Notes: a model not told the origin generated them from the sequence alone. A stretch of DNA of 63,928 nt, filler included, from Octopus bimaculoides (GCF_001194135.2; 5 parts of 5 records of this genome joined end to end with filler, not necessarily neighbours in it); one strand, 5' to 3'; counted from the first letter of the whole stretch, positions 13,776-26,800 are shown. Numbers and translations are program-made.

Positions 13776-14200
13776 ATTTATAAGCCTCTCAGCCACATTC
13801 TCACCTTCTCATGTTCTATAATCTAATCTTCCCTTTCTTTCTTTCTTCTTTTTGCTTTTTCTTTCTGCCTCTTACTGTCACTTTCCCCTCATTTATTCCT
13901 ATATTTTTCTGTCAAAAATTCTTTTCTATATTTCTACTGCTCTATCTTACCAATAAGCTCTTGTTTCACCGTTTCTTCTTATTACTCTCTTATCCACACT
14001 CTGTATCATCCTTTCTCCTCTTTCTTCTCTTCATACGCACGCAACTCTCTTCTCTCTACATCCCATCATGCAATTGCCAATCTCTGAACTGTTGGTCCTC
14101 CTACTGCTCTCTCTCGTTCTTAATATTTATCTTTGTTTTATTTATTCATTCTGTGAGATATAATAAAGAATCACGCAGAGAAGGCATAGTCATACTAGTA

Positions 14201-14240
14201 TATATAAACCAAAGAATCCAGTTGACTTCCTAAAGTTCTC
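14201..14240 (+). promoter_or_regulatory. Putative TATA promoter of the signal-peptide exon
   Basis: TATATAAA at 14201-14208, followed by a CpG-containing, ATG-free, A-rich leader up to ATG 14536. Confidence 0.35.
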
Positions 14241-14535
14241 TCGCAAAGTTCCGCAGCGCTTTCCAGGAGCAGTTCAGGTTTCGGGAAAAAAAAAACTCCA
14301 TACAGCAGTACCAACATTACGGCGACCACAGTACACGAACAACAGGTTCATCAAGAGTATCATATTGAATTTTAAGTTGCATCATTCATAAAAGAAAAAT
14401 CTCGAATAATTGATTAGTTGAAACAAAAACTTTCACAAGAAGGAAACGTGTTTTGAAAGAAAAACATCTAGAAGAATAACTGCAACAAAAGATCAAAAAC
14501 GAAATTTACAAGAATTCAAGAGGAGTGACCGAAGA

Positions 14536-14616
14536 ATGCAGAGCATGTTTCGTATAGGTTTCATGGTGTTGCTAAACTTATTCATTCTCACCAGAGCTGA
14601 AGAACCAACACGAATG
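14536..14616 (+). CDS. Probable first coding exon of a secreted or membrane protein: MQSMFRIGFMVLLNLFILTRA-EEPTRM
   Basis: ATG, basic n-region, hydrophobic core and T-R-A cleavage-like site, then a donor ATG|gtaagt (phase 0). No upstream ATG for about 300 nt. Downstream exons not identified. Confidence 0.6.
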
Positions 14617-15057
14617 GTAAGTAAATACTCTTTAATACAAAGCATATTGCTTCATTTTCAATGAAATATTATTTATGTTATACAAACACATTGTTTATAG
14701 CATTATTGTATCTTTGAATATTACCCAATAATACCAATTATCTTTTATATTTTTATCAACATTACTTTACATGTAACATTAATAATTTCTTAGTGCTGAC
14801 TACCATAGAGCTTTATGATAAATGGGGTCTGTAATGCGGTTTTGATTCTCAGAGGAGGCTAATATATTTCGAATTCGTCAGTTAGAGCATTATATCGATA
14901 TGAACATCACATCTAAACATTTCCGTCTAGAAACTTACCAGCTACGTAGAAAATGTAATATCTATGAGGTATTGGCAACCTAACTGAACGGTTGAAGGAC
15001 TATAGCAGTGTACAACCAAACCAAATACTTTTCACACTTATATATATTCTCCTCAGA

Positions 15058-15244
15058 CATGATTGTGTAATTAAGAAAATCGCTTTCCAGCCATGTATTT
15101 TCAGATTTAGTCCTACTGCGTGGCACATTGAGCAAGTATTTTTTAATGTAGCCTCGGACCCACCAACGTCTACTGAGGGAATTCGGTAGACGAAATTGCG
15201 TGGAAGCTCGTTGCGTACATGTATGTATGCGTATGTGTGTGTGT

Positions 15245-15293
<49 letters not shown>

Positions 15294-15510
15294 TGTGCGC
15301 GTTTCTGTGTCTGTCTTCGCCCTCCACCGTTTGAGAAATAGTGTTGATTTGTTAACGTCGAGTAATTTGGTGGTTCCTCAAAACCGAGCGATAGATAGGT
15401 ACCAGACTTAAAACTTAAGTACTGGGGTTGATTTCTTCGACTAAGATCTATCAAGGTGATGTGACAACATGGCCACAGTCCAGTAATTGAAACAAGTAAA
15501 AACTAAAAGA
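15058..15510 (+). mobile_element. SINE family B copy, older
   Basis: Head, (GT)n centre and tail are colinear with the 18595 copy. Confidence 0.7.
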
Positions 15511-16095
15511 TAGATTTTTAGTTCAAATTTCGCAGTAATCGATAAGCAGTTGTTATGTAGTGACCTCGATTCAATAATTTCAATACAGACTACTGACCGA
15601 AAAATCAGCAGTTACTAGGAATGTTCTGATCCCTGGTTTAAATAATTATTAACGATGCCACCCATCATCAAGCTGGGAAGTATAATTCGTGTTGTTTCTG
15701 TAGCTTGCTATGTGAAGTTTAAATTTTACTAAGTACCTCTCTGAAGAGTCTTATCCAAGCATTCACTAGAAAACAATCTTTTTAATAATATAATAATATA
15801 ATAATAAATTTGAAAATGAAAGATCCCAACCTTATGAGCAATTCATTATATAATCAACATTTTATGTTTATTTTTTCTACAAATAGAATTTCTATTTCTC
15901 AAAATTTCGCTATGTTCCACTATACATAAAACCAACCATTAGACTGGTTTCTCTCTTCATCCTGTTAAAATTTGTGTCTTATATCCACATATTGTTCTAT
16001 CCTTCTACCCAAGCGTCGCTCTGAACACGGCTCCCTAAGATACAACAGCAAAGAATTCTAAACTTCATGCACCTAAACTTAGCGCATCAATAGTT

Positions 16096-16480
16096 GTTGT
16101 TGGCACTCCGTCGCTTACGACGTCGAGGGTTCCAGTTGATCCGATCAACGGAACAGCCTGCTCGTGAAATTAACGTGCAAGTGGCTGAGCACTCCACAGA
16201 CACGTGTACCCTTAACATAGTTCTCGGGGATATTCAGCATGACACAGTGTGACAAGGCTGACCCTTTGAATTACAGGTACAACAGAAACAGGAAGTAAGA
16301 GTGAGAGAAAGTTGTGGTGGAAGAGTACAGCAAGGTTCATCACCATCCCCTGCTGGAGCCTCGTGGAGCTTTAGGTGTTTTCGCTCAATAAACACTCACA
16401 ACGTCCGGTCTGGGAATCGAAACCGCGATCCTATGACCGCGAGTCCGCTGCCCTAATCACTGGGCCATTGCGCCTCCACA
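16096..16480 (-). mobile_element. tRNA-derived SINE family A, full length
   Basis: A/B-box head and (AAC)n tail; 12-bp TSD GCATCAATAGTT at 16084-16095 and 16481-16492; closely similar to copies at 23516 and 57434. Confidence 0.88.
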
Positions 16481-18594
16481 GCATCAATAGTTATATACCT
16501 TTTAACAAGGATTGTATGAAGAAGTTGAACAAACTTATTGTTTTATTGGCGCTATCAGTTATGTATTATTGAGCTGGTTGAGTAGAGTGTGTTGGTATCA
16601 AGACTAAAACAACGTTTGTATCCCGATGCAGAGCGCTGCATTGTTTCAATCGTCACTTGACTATACGCTTGCAGGTCCACTGCATTGAGGGTAAATAGGC
16701 ACCTTACCGTTGTGCATTTCAATACAAAAGTTATTAAGAGCACGTGTCGAAAATCTATTGAGTGTCATTATATAATCGAAATAAGGAGAAGTACCAACAT
16801 ATTTGCATATCATACAATATTGGTGAGTCGATGCGGCTGATGTTCAGTTTTAACAGTAGCGACTTGATGCATGTATGGAAAGCGAGAGAAGAGAGACAGT
16901 TCTATAACTCTACATTTTCCAGAAAAAAAAACCCGATTAAGAAAAATATCTAGCAAAAAAGAAAACCCAATAATTAGTTACACGTCAAGAAATTGTTGTT
17001 GCCGTTTAGTCCTATGTAAGCTTGTTATACTCCCGATGTAACGACAAAATATAACTGATTACATTATTCTATGTATCATTTCTTTTTTCTTATAACGGAA
17101 GTTTGCGCCTTTAGGTTGATTTGGTTGCTATTCATAGAAGGCTGAACTTTTGCATAGAAATCCCTTTGACAGCTCTTAGAGTGGAAATATTAGTATATTA
17201 AGTATATTGGGGTAGAAGAGTGAAGTGAGAGTATTTTAATGCTTGGTATGGAAGGGAAAATACATTATTGTTCAGGGTTAGTGCCCTGAATCTTTGCAAC
17301 AAAGTGAAGTCCGATAACGTAGTTAATGACCAGGTAGCGGTATTAAACCGGGCGACAAATTAAGTTTATTATTCAAGGAGCCAGAACGCAAATAGGCTTT
17401 AAAAAATGCTGCAAGGTATCCCGTCCAACGATCTGACACTGGTATGATAGAACACATTTAAAAGAGAGTGAATAAGTTCACCATCAAATTTGACTAGTGT
17501 TGCTTTTTTCACCTTATGGTAATGAAAGAGAAAATCTGTCCAGTCAAATCTAAACTCGGATCTTAAAGGATATAATTGTCACTGTGGGAAGACAAACTGA
17601 AAGTAGGAAGACCAACTGAAAACACTATTTTTCTCATTCCTCTACTCTGTTGTATAATAATATTGATTGATACATTGACTATCGATATTGCTCAAATATC
17701 ATTGATTTTTTTATTATCGATATTGCACAAGCATCATCAGTTTTCTTTGCACAAGAGAAGCATTATCAATTTCTAAATAAAGGTAAAAGTCGATTGACTT
17801 AACTATAATGTCTTACTGGTAAATATTTTGTCGGCACAGAACAGAGAAAAGATAAAATCTGCTACAGCAAAATTTGAAATTAAATATGATCGGGTTTAAG
17901 AAAAACTATCTTTATAACGTATAAGTTTAAGAACTATACTGAGCACTAAAGAGATATAGGCAAACTGGGCCTGCAACAAGGTTTAAATCCCCCATTGAAG
18001 AGAGTTCACCCCATTATTTGTGAAAATATTAATATCTATTATCAGTTGAAATTATAAACAATATTAATTAACAGCGATAACTTTTCAGTTATTTATTTTC
18101 TTTCATGAAAGTATTAGAGCAAGTGGAGAAGAGAATACTGTGCACGATCATGTGTTCTTTAATGGCACCAGTAGAGGTAAAATCTATGTAGCCGTTCAAT
18201 TTGCTTGAACTAATAAACTAATCTCCTCTCGCTTAAGTCAAATAATGCTATTTTGAAAACAGAAAGGACCCTTTGGATAATGTAGTGCGAAGTATACTCT
18301 GCTTGAAGACAAGACAATATGGTCATACCTGAAATACCTTTGCTATTGATCTGTTCCATTATTGTCAATTTTCAGCAATAACTGCAGCAACAACATGAAC
18401 TAAAACGATAAGACAGCCAACCCTGCAAATATTATCAATATATACATATTGCATATCAGTGTTCTCGTGCAATCAACTTTTTAATATTCATTATTCCTAG
18501 AGAGCTAAAATTTTTCAACCCACAGAAGTACAACCATGGTATTTGATTTCTTCAGCGTGAAGCGGATGAAAGACAAATTTCGTCCTACATATAT

Positions 18595-18995
18595 TACTCT
18601 TTACTCTTTTACTTGTTTCAGTCATTTGACTGCGGTCATGCTGGAGCACCGCCTTTAGTCGAAGAAATCAACCCCAGGACTTATTCTTTGTAAGCCTAGT
18701 ACTTATTCTATCGGTCTCTTTTGCCGAACCGCTAAGTTACGTGGACGTAAACACACCAGCATCGGTTGTCAAGCGATGGTGGGGGGACAAACACAGACAC
18801 ACAAACACACACATATATATAAACATATATACGACGGGCTTCTTTCAGTTTCCGTCTACCAAATCCACTCACAAGGCTTTGGTCAGCCCGAGGCTATAGT
18901 AGAAGACACTTGCCCAAGGTGCCACGCAGTGGGACTGAACCCGGAACCATGTGGTTGGTAAGCAAGCTACTTACCACACAGCCACTCTTGTGCCT
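18595..18995 (-). mobile_element. tRNA/CORE-like SINE family B with central microsatellite; best-preserved copy
   Basis: Head contains ggttccgggttcagtccc and accttgggcaagtgtc, the middle is (TA)/(TG)n, and the tail is gaaacaagtaaaagagta. Confidence 0.85.
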
Positions 18996-19659
18996 ATATT
19001 GCTTAAAATTTTTTTAGTAATTGTTTTCAATATAGACAAATTAGCAAGATAGTTAAAATAAAACTTCTTAGAAAAAATGCCCGATGGTTTCTTTGTTTCC
19101 TTTAGGAAACAAATCTATATATCTCAGGTCAACACGCTTCAACTGTTAGAACAATGGTGGAAAATTACCTACTAAAATAAAATCAGTTTTTACTAAGTAT
19201 AACACCATAGAAACCAATGGTTTGAAAAGAAATCTGAGTAGGTTAGTTCTTCGAAATACAGTGTAAATTTTTATTAAATTTTATTTAAGCAAGATGGCAT
19301 TACGTTTCTCGATTCTTTTTTTGATATTATTTCATTTCAGTACGGAAAGTATAACGATTCCAAATTTGTAGAACGATTTTTAGAACAAGGGACTAATTCA
19401 AATTATTACTTGGATACGTCGAACATGGCATGGACCAAAGGGAGACGCTTTCAACTAAAGTTCTTATCTTGCTCTCCGTGATGGATTTTTAGATATGTAT
19501 TGTTGCAATAAGTAAATTACTCGATTATAGTAAAATACCTTTTCTTCATTCAATGTATATACATCTATGCATACAATCTGGTAAAGCGGGCTACTCGGTA
19601 TAGAACATTATCACGTAGGGAACTCAATTCGTTAATTATTGAGTTCTATACCAGATAAT

Positions 19660-20000
19660 GCTTGCATTTACTTTCCAACCACATGGTGGCACATTGAGCA
19701 GATGTCTGCTACTATAAGCCTCGGGCCCACCAAAGCTCTGTGAGTGTATTCAGTAGACGGTATCTCAAAGAAGCCCGTCGAATATAAATGTATGTGTCCC
19801 TTGGTAGGTGTTTGACCCCCACTTCACACCCAGTGTTAGTGTGGTTATGTCCCCATAAAGTAGTGTTTCGACACAAGAAACCGATAGAATAAGTAGCAGG
19901 CTTAAAATAAGTACTGCACTCCATTCGTTTGACAAAAATTCTTGAAGGTGGCGCCCCAGCATGACTACAGGCTAATGACTGAAACAAGTAAAAGATAAAA
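19660..20000 (+). mobile_element. SINE family B copy
   Basis: agcctcgggcccaccaaagc ... gactgaaacaagtaaaag. Confidence 0.75.
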
Positions 20001-21992
20001 AATAATATATATAAATATATATGTGCGCGCGCGTCTGTGTGTGTGAGTGTGTGCATGTATATTTGTATGCATGTATGCATGTGTATGTATGTTTGTATGT
20101 ATTTATCTATCCATCTATATATATACCCACATATATNNNNNNNNNNNNNNNNNNNNNNNNNNNNNNNNNNNNNNNNNNNNNNNNNNNNNNNNNNNNNNNN
20201 NNNNNNNNNNNNNNNNNNNNNNNNNNNNNNNNNNNNNNNNNNNNNNNNNNNNNNNNNNNNNNNNNNNNNNNNNNNNNNNNNNNNNNNNNNNNNNNNNNNN
20301 NNNNNNNNNNNNNNNNNNNNNNNNNNNNNNNNNNNNNNNNNNNNNNNNNNNNNNNNNNNNNNNNNAAAACAAACGTCATTTATAACAAACTATATTGATT
20401 AAGCACGGTATATCAAAAAGTAAATGAGTACCTTCAGCATTTGATATTGACCCACATTTAAATAAGAGTCACAGTCAGGGAATAAATAATAAACACAATC
20501 GATCCATAGAAGAGTGATCTTTTGAATGTATTCAGAACGGATCATTGCAAGAAACATATTTAAATGTTTTCAGCCTTGATTCAAGGATATTGAGTCATAA
20601 TAAATCTCTCAAAGCACATTTGATTTTATTTAGCTTCAACGGAAATATGTTTCCCTATGTATAGTTAAAAATAAGAAATTCTTCGTACTGTGTTTAATTT
20701 CGCTTGGTGCCCAGTCTCGTGGCGTGCGAATAATTTATTAATGAACAGAGTCTGTGATCTGTGTTGGTCAATAACTGTGATCCCCATTACATCTCAAACT
20801 CACTACAACGATATGACTAAGTAAACTCCTTCGTATATATATGAAAAATAAAACACTAATTACTTTTTATGACAGTGAACAATTGGTCGATTGGTCGACT
20901 TAGCCAAAATCGCCGTCAAATGTCATCCAGCTGTCTTAAAAATTGACAAATGTATTAGGTAAAATAGTTCTAAAATAGTTCTAAAGAAGACGAAAAACAC
21001 ACAACTAAAACGCCGATCGTTGGAGAGAAAGGCGACACAAGGTAATGTGTTCCAACTTACGGACCACATTTCGTCCACAGGCATATTCACCCGAAAGTGA
21101 AAGAGTCGGTTCTGCACATAAAAAATGAAAAAACTGATATTTTTCAAAAATATGTATTATCCAGTGTATTCCCTAATTACAATCAAGCAGCAATATTTAG
21201 CACAACCCCAGTGAAATACCGAAATAACGTTGTTACTTCCTTTTACAATTCTAAGCATAGTGCAGCATGTATGTATTAAATCCCGGTAATTCATACACAA
21301 ATATAACGCAGATGTTTTAAGAATAATGCAGCATTAGAAACAGTCTACAAAATACAATTATGGAACAAATAATATCACCGGCAGACGCAAATATGGTGAA
21401 CGAGACACATAAATAAATGCATGCATACATACATACATACATACATACATACATACATACATACATACATACATACATACATACATACATACCACTACTG
21501 ATATATATGCGAGTGTGATGTATGTATGTATGTCATTATTCAGTTTATTTCAAGTTTTCTTGCCAATAGAGAAAGAACCGGTTTCTAACCTAGATCCAAG
21601 GTTCCTTCATTGAAATTTCAACATCAACAGGGTATTTTTATTTGTATGTATTTTTATATATATGTACGCATGCATGTATGTTTGTATGTATGTACGCATG
21701 CATGCATTATGTATGTACGTATGTATGTACGCATGATTGCATTATGTATGTACATATGTATGTACGTATGCATGCATGTATGTATGTATGTATGTATGTA
21801 TGTATGTATGTATGTGCAGATTTGTATGTTTTATGTATGTATTCTCATGCATAGATTTACATATCTAGACATGCTCATATATATTTAAATGATAAACTTC
21901 CGGAAAGTTTTACAGATTTTACAGTTCAATTAGAGGGGATGCTCGAGGTTGTTCAAAAGCTTCGTAGCGCGATTTTACCTGCTGTACTTGAT

Positions 21993-22064
21993 GGCATATA
22001 GCGTAGTGGTTAAGAGCGCGGGCTACTAACCCCAAGATTCCGAGTTCGATTCCAGGCAGTGACC
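21993..22064 (+). other. tRNA-like Pol III head (SINE 5' end), probably not a functional tRNA
   Basis: A box TAGCGTAGTGG, B box GAGTTCGATTCC, anticodon-like loop CT-ACT-AA, poor acceptor stem, followed directly by (AAT)n(AAG)n. Confidence 0.7.
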
Positions 22065-22066
22065 TT

Positions 22067-22093
22067 AATAATAATAATAATAATAATAATAAT

Positions 22094-22174
<81 letters not shown>

Positions 22175-22206
22175 AAGAAGAAGAAGAAGAAGAAGAAGAA
22201 GAAGAA
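22067..22206. repeat. Compound (AAT)n(AAG)n microsatellite running into a gap
   Basis: Direct reading. Confidence 0.95.
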
Positions 22207-22306
22207 NNNNNNNNNNNNNNNNNNNNNNNNNNNNNNNNNNNNNNNNNNNNTTAATTAATTAANNNNNNNNNNNNNNNNNNNNNNNNNNNNNNNNNNNNNN
22301 NNNNNN

Positions 22307-22337
<31 letters not shown>

Positions 22338-22828
22338 TTATATATATATATGTATGTATTTATGCATGTGTGTAGAGGTATATGTGGAGGATTACTTAGC
22401 AAAAGTGACATGGTATGTCACTATCTGTATTAACGACTTCGTCTGTGCGTATAGTTGTGAAGATATTTGTAATTAATTTCTTTATCTTTCAGGCATTTAT
22501 ATTCTCTTTATTTTCCGTTTTAGACTTCACGGGCGCACGCATACATAGGCATGGGCATAAACATATTTCTAGAGGCACTGGAGTTAAATCTAAAGTCTTT
22601 TAATTAAACTGATTCTTTTCCTTATATTGCCAAATGTGATTTATTGTTATCCAAAATCTTTCTTTAAATGTTTGTAATGAACGTTCTCTGCTGTTGGAAC
22701 TGTATTAGTTCTCCTCTCTTTCTATATACAAACTGTATTGTTTATTCAAATACGGCAGAAATGTTTAGAAACAACTAAACGGCTCTAAAATAATCATGCT
22801 GCATCCGAAGGATACAACGTATGTTCAA

Positions 22829-23223
22829 TACTCTTTTACTTGTTTCAGTCATTTGACTGCAACCTTACTGGATCACCACCTTTAGTCAAGCAAATCAGCC
22901 CCAGAGCTTATTCTTTGTAAGCCGCGTACTTATTCTATCGGTCTCTTTGGCCAAACTGCTATGTTACGGAGACGTAAACATACCAGCATCGGTTATCAGG
23001 TGATAGTGGGGGGGGGAACAAACACAGACACACAAACATATACGCACACATACATATATATATAAGGCAGGCTTCTTCCAGTTTCCGTCTACTAAATCCA
23101 CTCACAAGATTTTGGTCGGTCCGAGGTTATAGTAGAAGGCACTTGCCCAAAATGCCACGCAGCGGAACTGAACCCAGGACTATGTGGTTGTTAAGTAAAC
23201 GACTTACCACACATCCACTCCTG
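22829..23223 (-). mobile_element. SINE family B copy
   Basis: Colinear with 18595-18995. Confidence 0.82.
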
Positions 23224-23515
23224 ATGATCTCAATAAAAGTAAAAATATAGTTTCTTTACTAAAACATTAAATATGTTTTAAATATAAAATATTTCTACAG
23301 CTTGTTTTTTCATTTCATTTTGCTTGTCTTGATCATTGCATACAAGCGCATGCGTACGAGCACATTACAATAATTTGCACAAATATATGAAAGAATAAAG
23401 GTGAATCCGAAAGATGCGGCATAATTGTTTCATCTAATAATCTCAATAACAGTGAAAACATAGTTCCATCGCTTAAACATAATAAACATCTTACATACAT
23501 ACATATAAATATTTC

Positions 23516-23876
23516 TTGGCACTCCGTCGTTTACGACGACGATGGTTCCAGTTGATCCGATCAATGGAACGTGCAAGTGGCTGAGCACTCCACAGACGTT
23601 TGTACCCTTAACGTAGTTCTCGGCGAGATTCAGCATGACGCAGAGTGTGACAAGGCTGGACCTTTGAAATACAAGTACAACAGAAACAGGAAGAAAGAGT
23701 GAGAGAAAGTTGTGGTGAAAGAGTACAGCAGGGTTCGCCACCATCTCCTGCCGGAGCCTCGTGGAACTTTGGGTATTTCGCTCAATAAACACTCACAACG
23801 CCCGGTCTGGGAATCGAAACCGCGATCCTACGACCGCGAATCCGCTGCCCTAACCACTGGGCCATTGCGCTTCCAC
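23516..23876 (-). mobile_element. SINE family A copy
   Basis: Colinear with 16096-16480, with small internal deletions. Confidence 0.85.
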
Positions 23877-26800
23877 ATACAAATATACATAGAAGCGTAC
23901 ATACAAGTATACATGTGTGTGTGTGAGCGTGTGCGCGCACACACACGCACATACACATGTCTGGGCACTGAAATATTTTGTGACAATAGGGATATTTGGA
24001 ACATGAATTACAGAAAGTGAAATCTAGAGCAAGTATAGATGTGCGAGAATATTTGCTAGAAGGGAAATCATAGAGGCTAAGTAACTTATAATTCAATAAT
24101 TGTACGTTAAAAGTACATAATACGAAATTTCACTATATTAAGTGAACTTAGTTGCTTTTACTAAGTATATTTAGAGTAGATGCAGTAGCCAATTTAGAGT
24201 AAAATACATGATGATTATTTAACACATACATGACATTTATAAACCTTTTACATGTGTAATCCCATGCACCACCATAAAGAAAAATACTTTTTCATCCCTT
24301 TGCTAATTACTCAATTCTTTTATCGCATCTTCTTTGTTAGACATTTGGCTTATTTCGAGGATGAATGATAATGTACAGAATACTTCACGCTGTGCTCGTG
24401 ATTAGTGGGATTAAAGGAAGGAATTAATCTCGAATCATAATTTAAAGTCGGAAGAAGTGTATGAACACATTAAATTATCATCATACAGCAGACTCATTTC
24501 GAATACTTGCAACTAAGTGAGTGTTCTAAAAGCAACCGTGAGTGAGTTGGTGGTATTGAACCAGATGATATATTAATTCTAGCAGTTTTGAACAAGTCCA
24601 TTTCATCCGTAATGAATTGCAGTTTCATGCGACTTAATTTCAATTTTATAGCTTCAGTTGATTCCACACAGAGCCTTGCCTCAGTTTGAAGTTATAGCAA
24701 ACACTTGCTTAATTTTCATATAGTGTCCACTTCACAGCTCTTTCTTCGGAATTTAATTGTCTTACAACTTCACTCGTATCACTCCAACTGAACTTCGGTC
24801 TATATATTACCCGCTCATCTATTTGCACAAATATACCATTCTAAAACAGCATAGGGTATCTTGACATGTTTCACGTCAATTAAGGATAGGATATTTATCG
24901 AATGATGATATTCTTCTAGCAGAGAATTATTTGATGTTACGATTGACACTTCTATTCGCTTTAAAAAAAAAATTCTGTCCTGACTAAGTTCCTATCGTTA
25001 TAGTTCTTGCTCGTGTTCTTGTTGCTAGAGTTCTTTTATATGTCCTACTTAATTCACTTAGCGTCTTCTTTTACGCTACTCGTTGTACTCTTCCTTATGT
25101 TCTTACCACAATCTTTCTCTCCCCATCACTCTTCCCTACACTTATAATATAATATATTACTGCTAACTACAATATAAAATATGAAATCAGCCAAAACACA
25201 CAAATAATGAGTTTCTGCCAATATATTTCTGCCCGGGAGAATAATGAATTTTAGATATTAAATTTGAAATGATAACAGAAACAACACAAGAAATACGTCG
25301 CCACTGTAAATATTAGTCGACCTGAAAGTGTGTAGATACGTCAAAAAGGAACGTGAACGATTCATAATTAATTCATACAAGAGGATTTGACATCTTATTA
25401 TCTAAAACTAGTGTTATTAATGCATTTAACAAATAGTCTGTGTTTTCACAATGAAGAGGTATACAATGTAATATATTTAATTGTATGTCCATCTTGTCAT
25501 TGCTGATATAAGTAGTGACGTCAATTTGTATATATATTCTGATACATATTAATTTCGTAGGTTGATTGGATGAATTTCAAAGGGTCTCTTATGCGCAGGT
25601 GAACAGCAGGGAAGGCGCTACGATTATACTTTATAGCATGACTTGAAAACACTGGACAAGGTTGTGATGTTAAATAAAATAACGGAATAGTCGCCATCTT
25701 TCGAAATAGTTTCATTCACATTGTGTCTGGCGGTTGACGGTTCATTTCCCAAGACGTCGTGCAATGGGATCGAACGGAGAATTCACAGGAGTGTGAAGTA
25801 AATTTGTTAAGTACATGAATCTGGATTTAATATCAAGAACGTGCCTCTGTCTAGAGAAAATTCGGTTAAGCAGCCAACGTCTTAAGAACATGACTACGTA
25901 TGTTCATATAAATGTAATAAAGTGACTGCTGTCAGCAAAAAATTCAGTCAAGCAGAGAGCGTCATAACTACATGACTATGAATTGACTTATAAATGTAAT
26001 GAACATGCCACTGTTTAGAAATATTGTTCTGGTAAAGATACAGAACAAATTAAGTAAACAATAAGAAATACGTTCAGGAAACTATAATTTTCAAGCGATT
26101 GAGCCATACTACTGATGATGATGATAAAAAAGTGCATTTGTTTTACAAACTATAATGTTAAACATGTTGAATATCCAGCTCTTTCTTGGTATCTTCCCAC
26201 TTATAATACGAAGCTTATCGTTTTGTTTAACAACTTTACACACACTGCTTCCCATTAGATTTGAAATCTCAGTAAGATTGGTATTGTTTCGTTACTGTAA
26301 AGTTAAATATACTATACAGCATATTCTAATGAATATACAGTCACGAAAAACTCTATTAACCCAACTTTGGTTTGCATTATGCTTAGAGACACCATTGAAG
26401 AACCTTAGTTTTAAAGCACACCCACTGCCAGAAATTGTGTTATGATGGTAAACTGAACATATTTTATAACACAGCATTCAAAACGATTAAATCAAAATCA
26501 AAGGTAAATCCGTCTTATTATTAAGTGAACAAAGTGAATATATCTGATAGAGCAGAGGGTGGTAGTGAGATGATTCACCTACAGCGTCAAGAATTGTGTT
26601 CCACATTCGTTGAGTGTATGAAGTAATACATTATCAACTGACATCTGAAAATTATATAAAACTCAAACCTATTTGTATCCGTAAATATCATATAAAGTGT
26701 AGCCAAATATAAATGTGAAATTCAGATTTTCGAAAAATATTCTTATTCACTTGTTATTTCTGTTTAAATTGACATAAAACATTTATTGGCTACTCTCTTC

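Noticed and set aside
14859-14885. Minus-strand CUAA-CUGACGA-AUUC-GAAAUAUA-UUAG hammerhead-like word
   Set aside because: Core and a 4-bp stem I are present, but stem II is missing; at best a deleted remnant
21993-22064. Functional tRNA-Ser gene
   Set aside because: Acceptor and anticodon stems pair poorly, the anticodon is atypical, and there is no oligo-T terminator; treated as a SINE head
22251-22262. TTAATTAATTAA islands inside N runs (also 31757-31768, 54299-54310, 61558-61569)
   Set aside because: Identical 12-mer centred in ~100-bp gaps with stops in all six frames; an assembly spacer, not biology
22491-22603. Possible second exon of the signal-peptide gene (also 17111, 18089 and 19106 candidates)
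   Set aside because: Acceptors are plausible, but several frames are open, the peptides are unrecognisable and some overlap repeat-like sequence; cannot choose without RNA data
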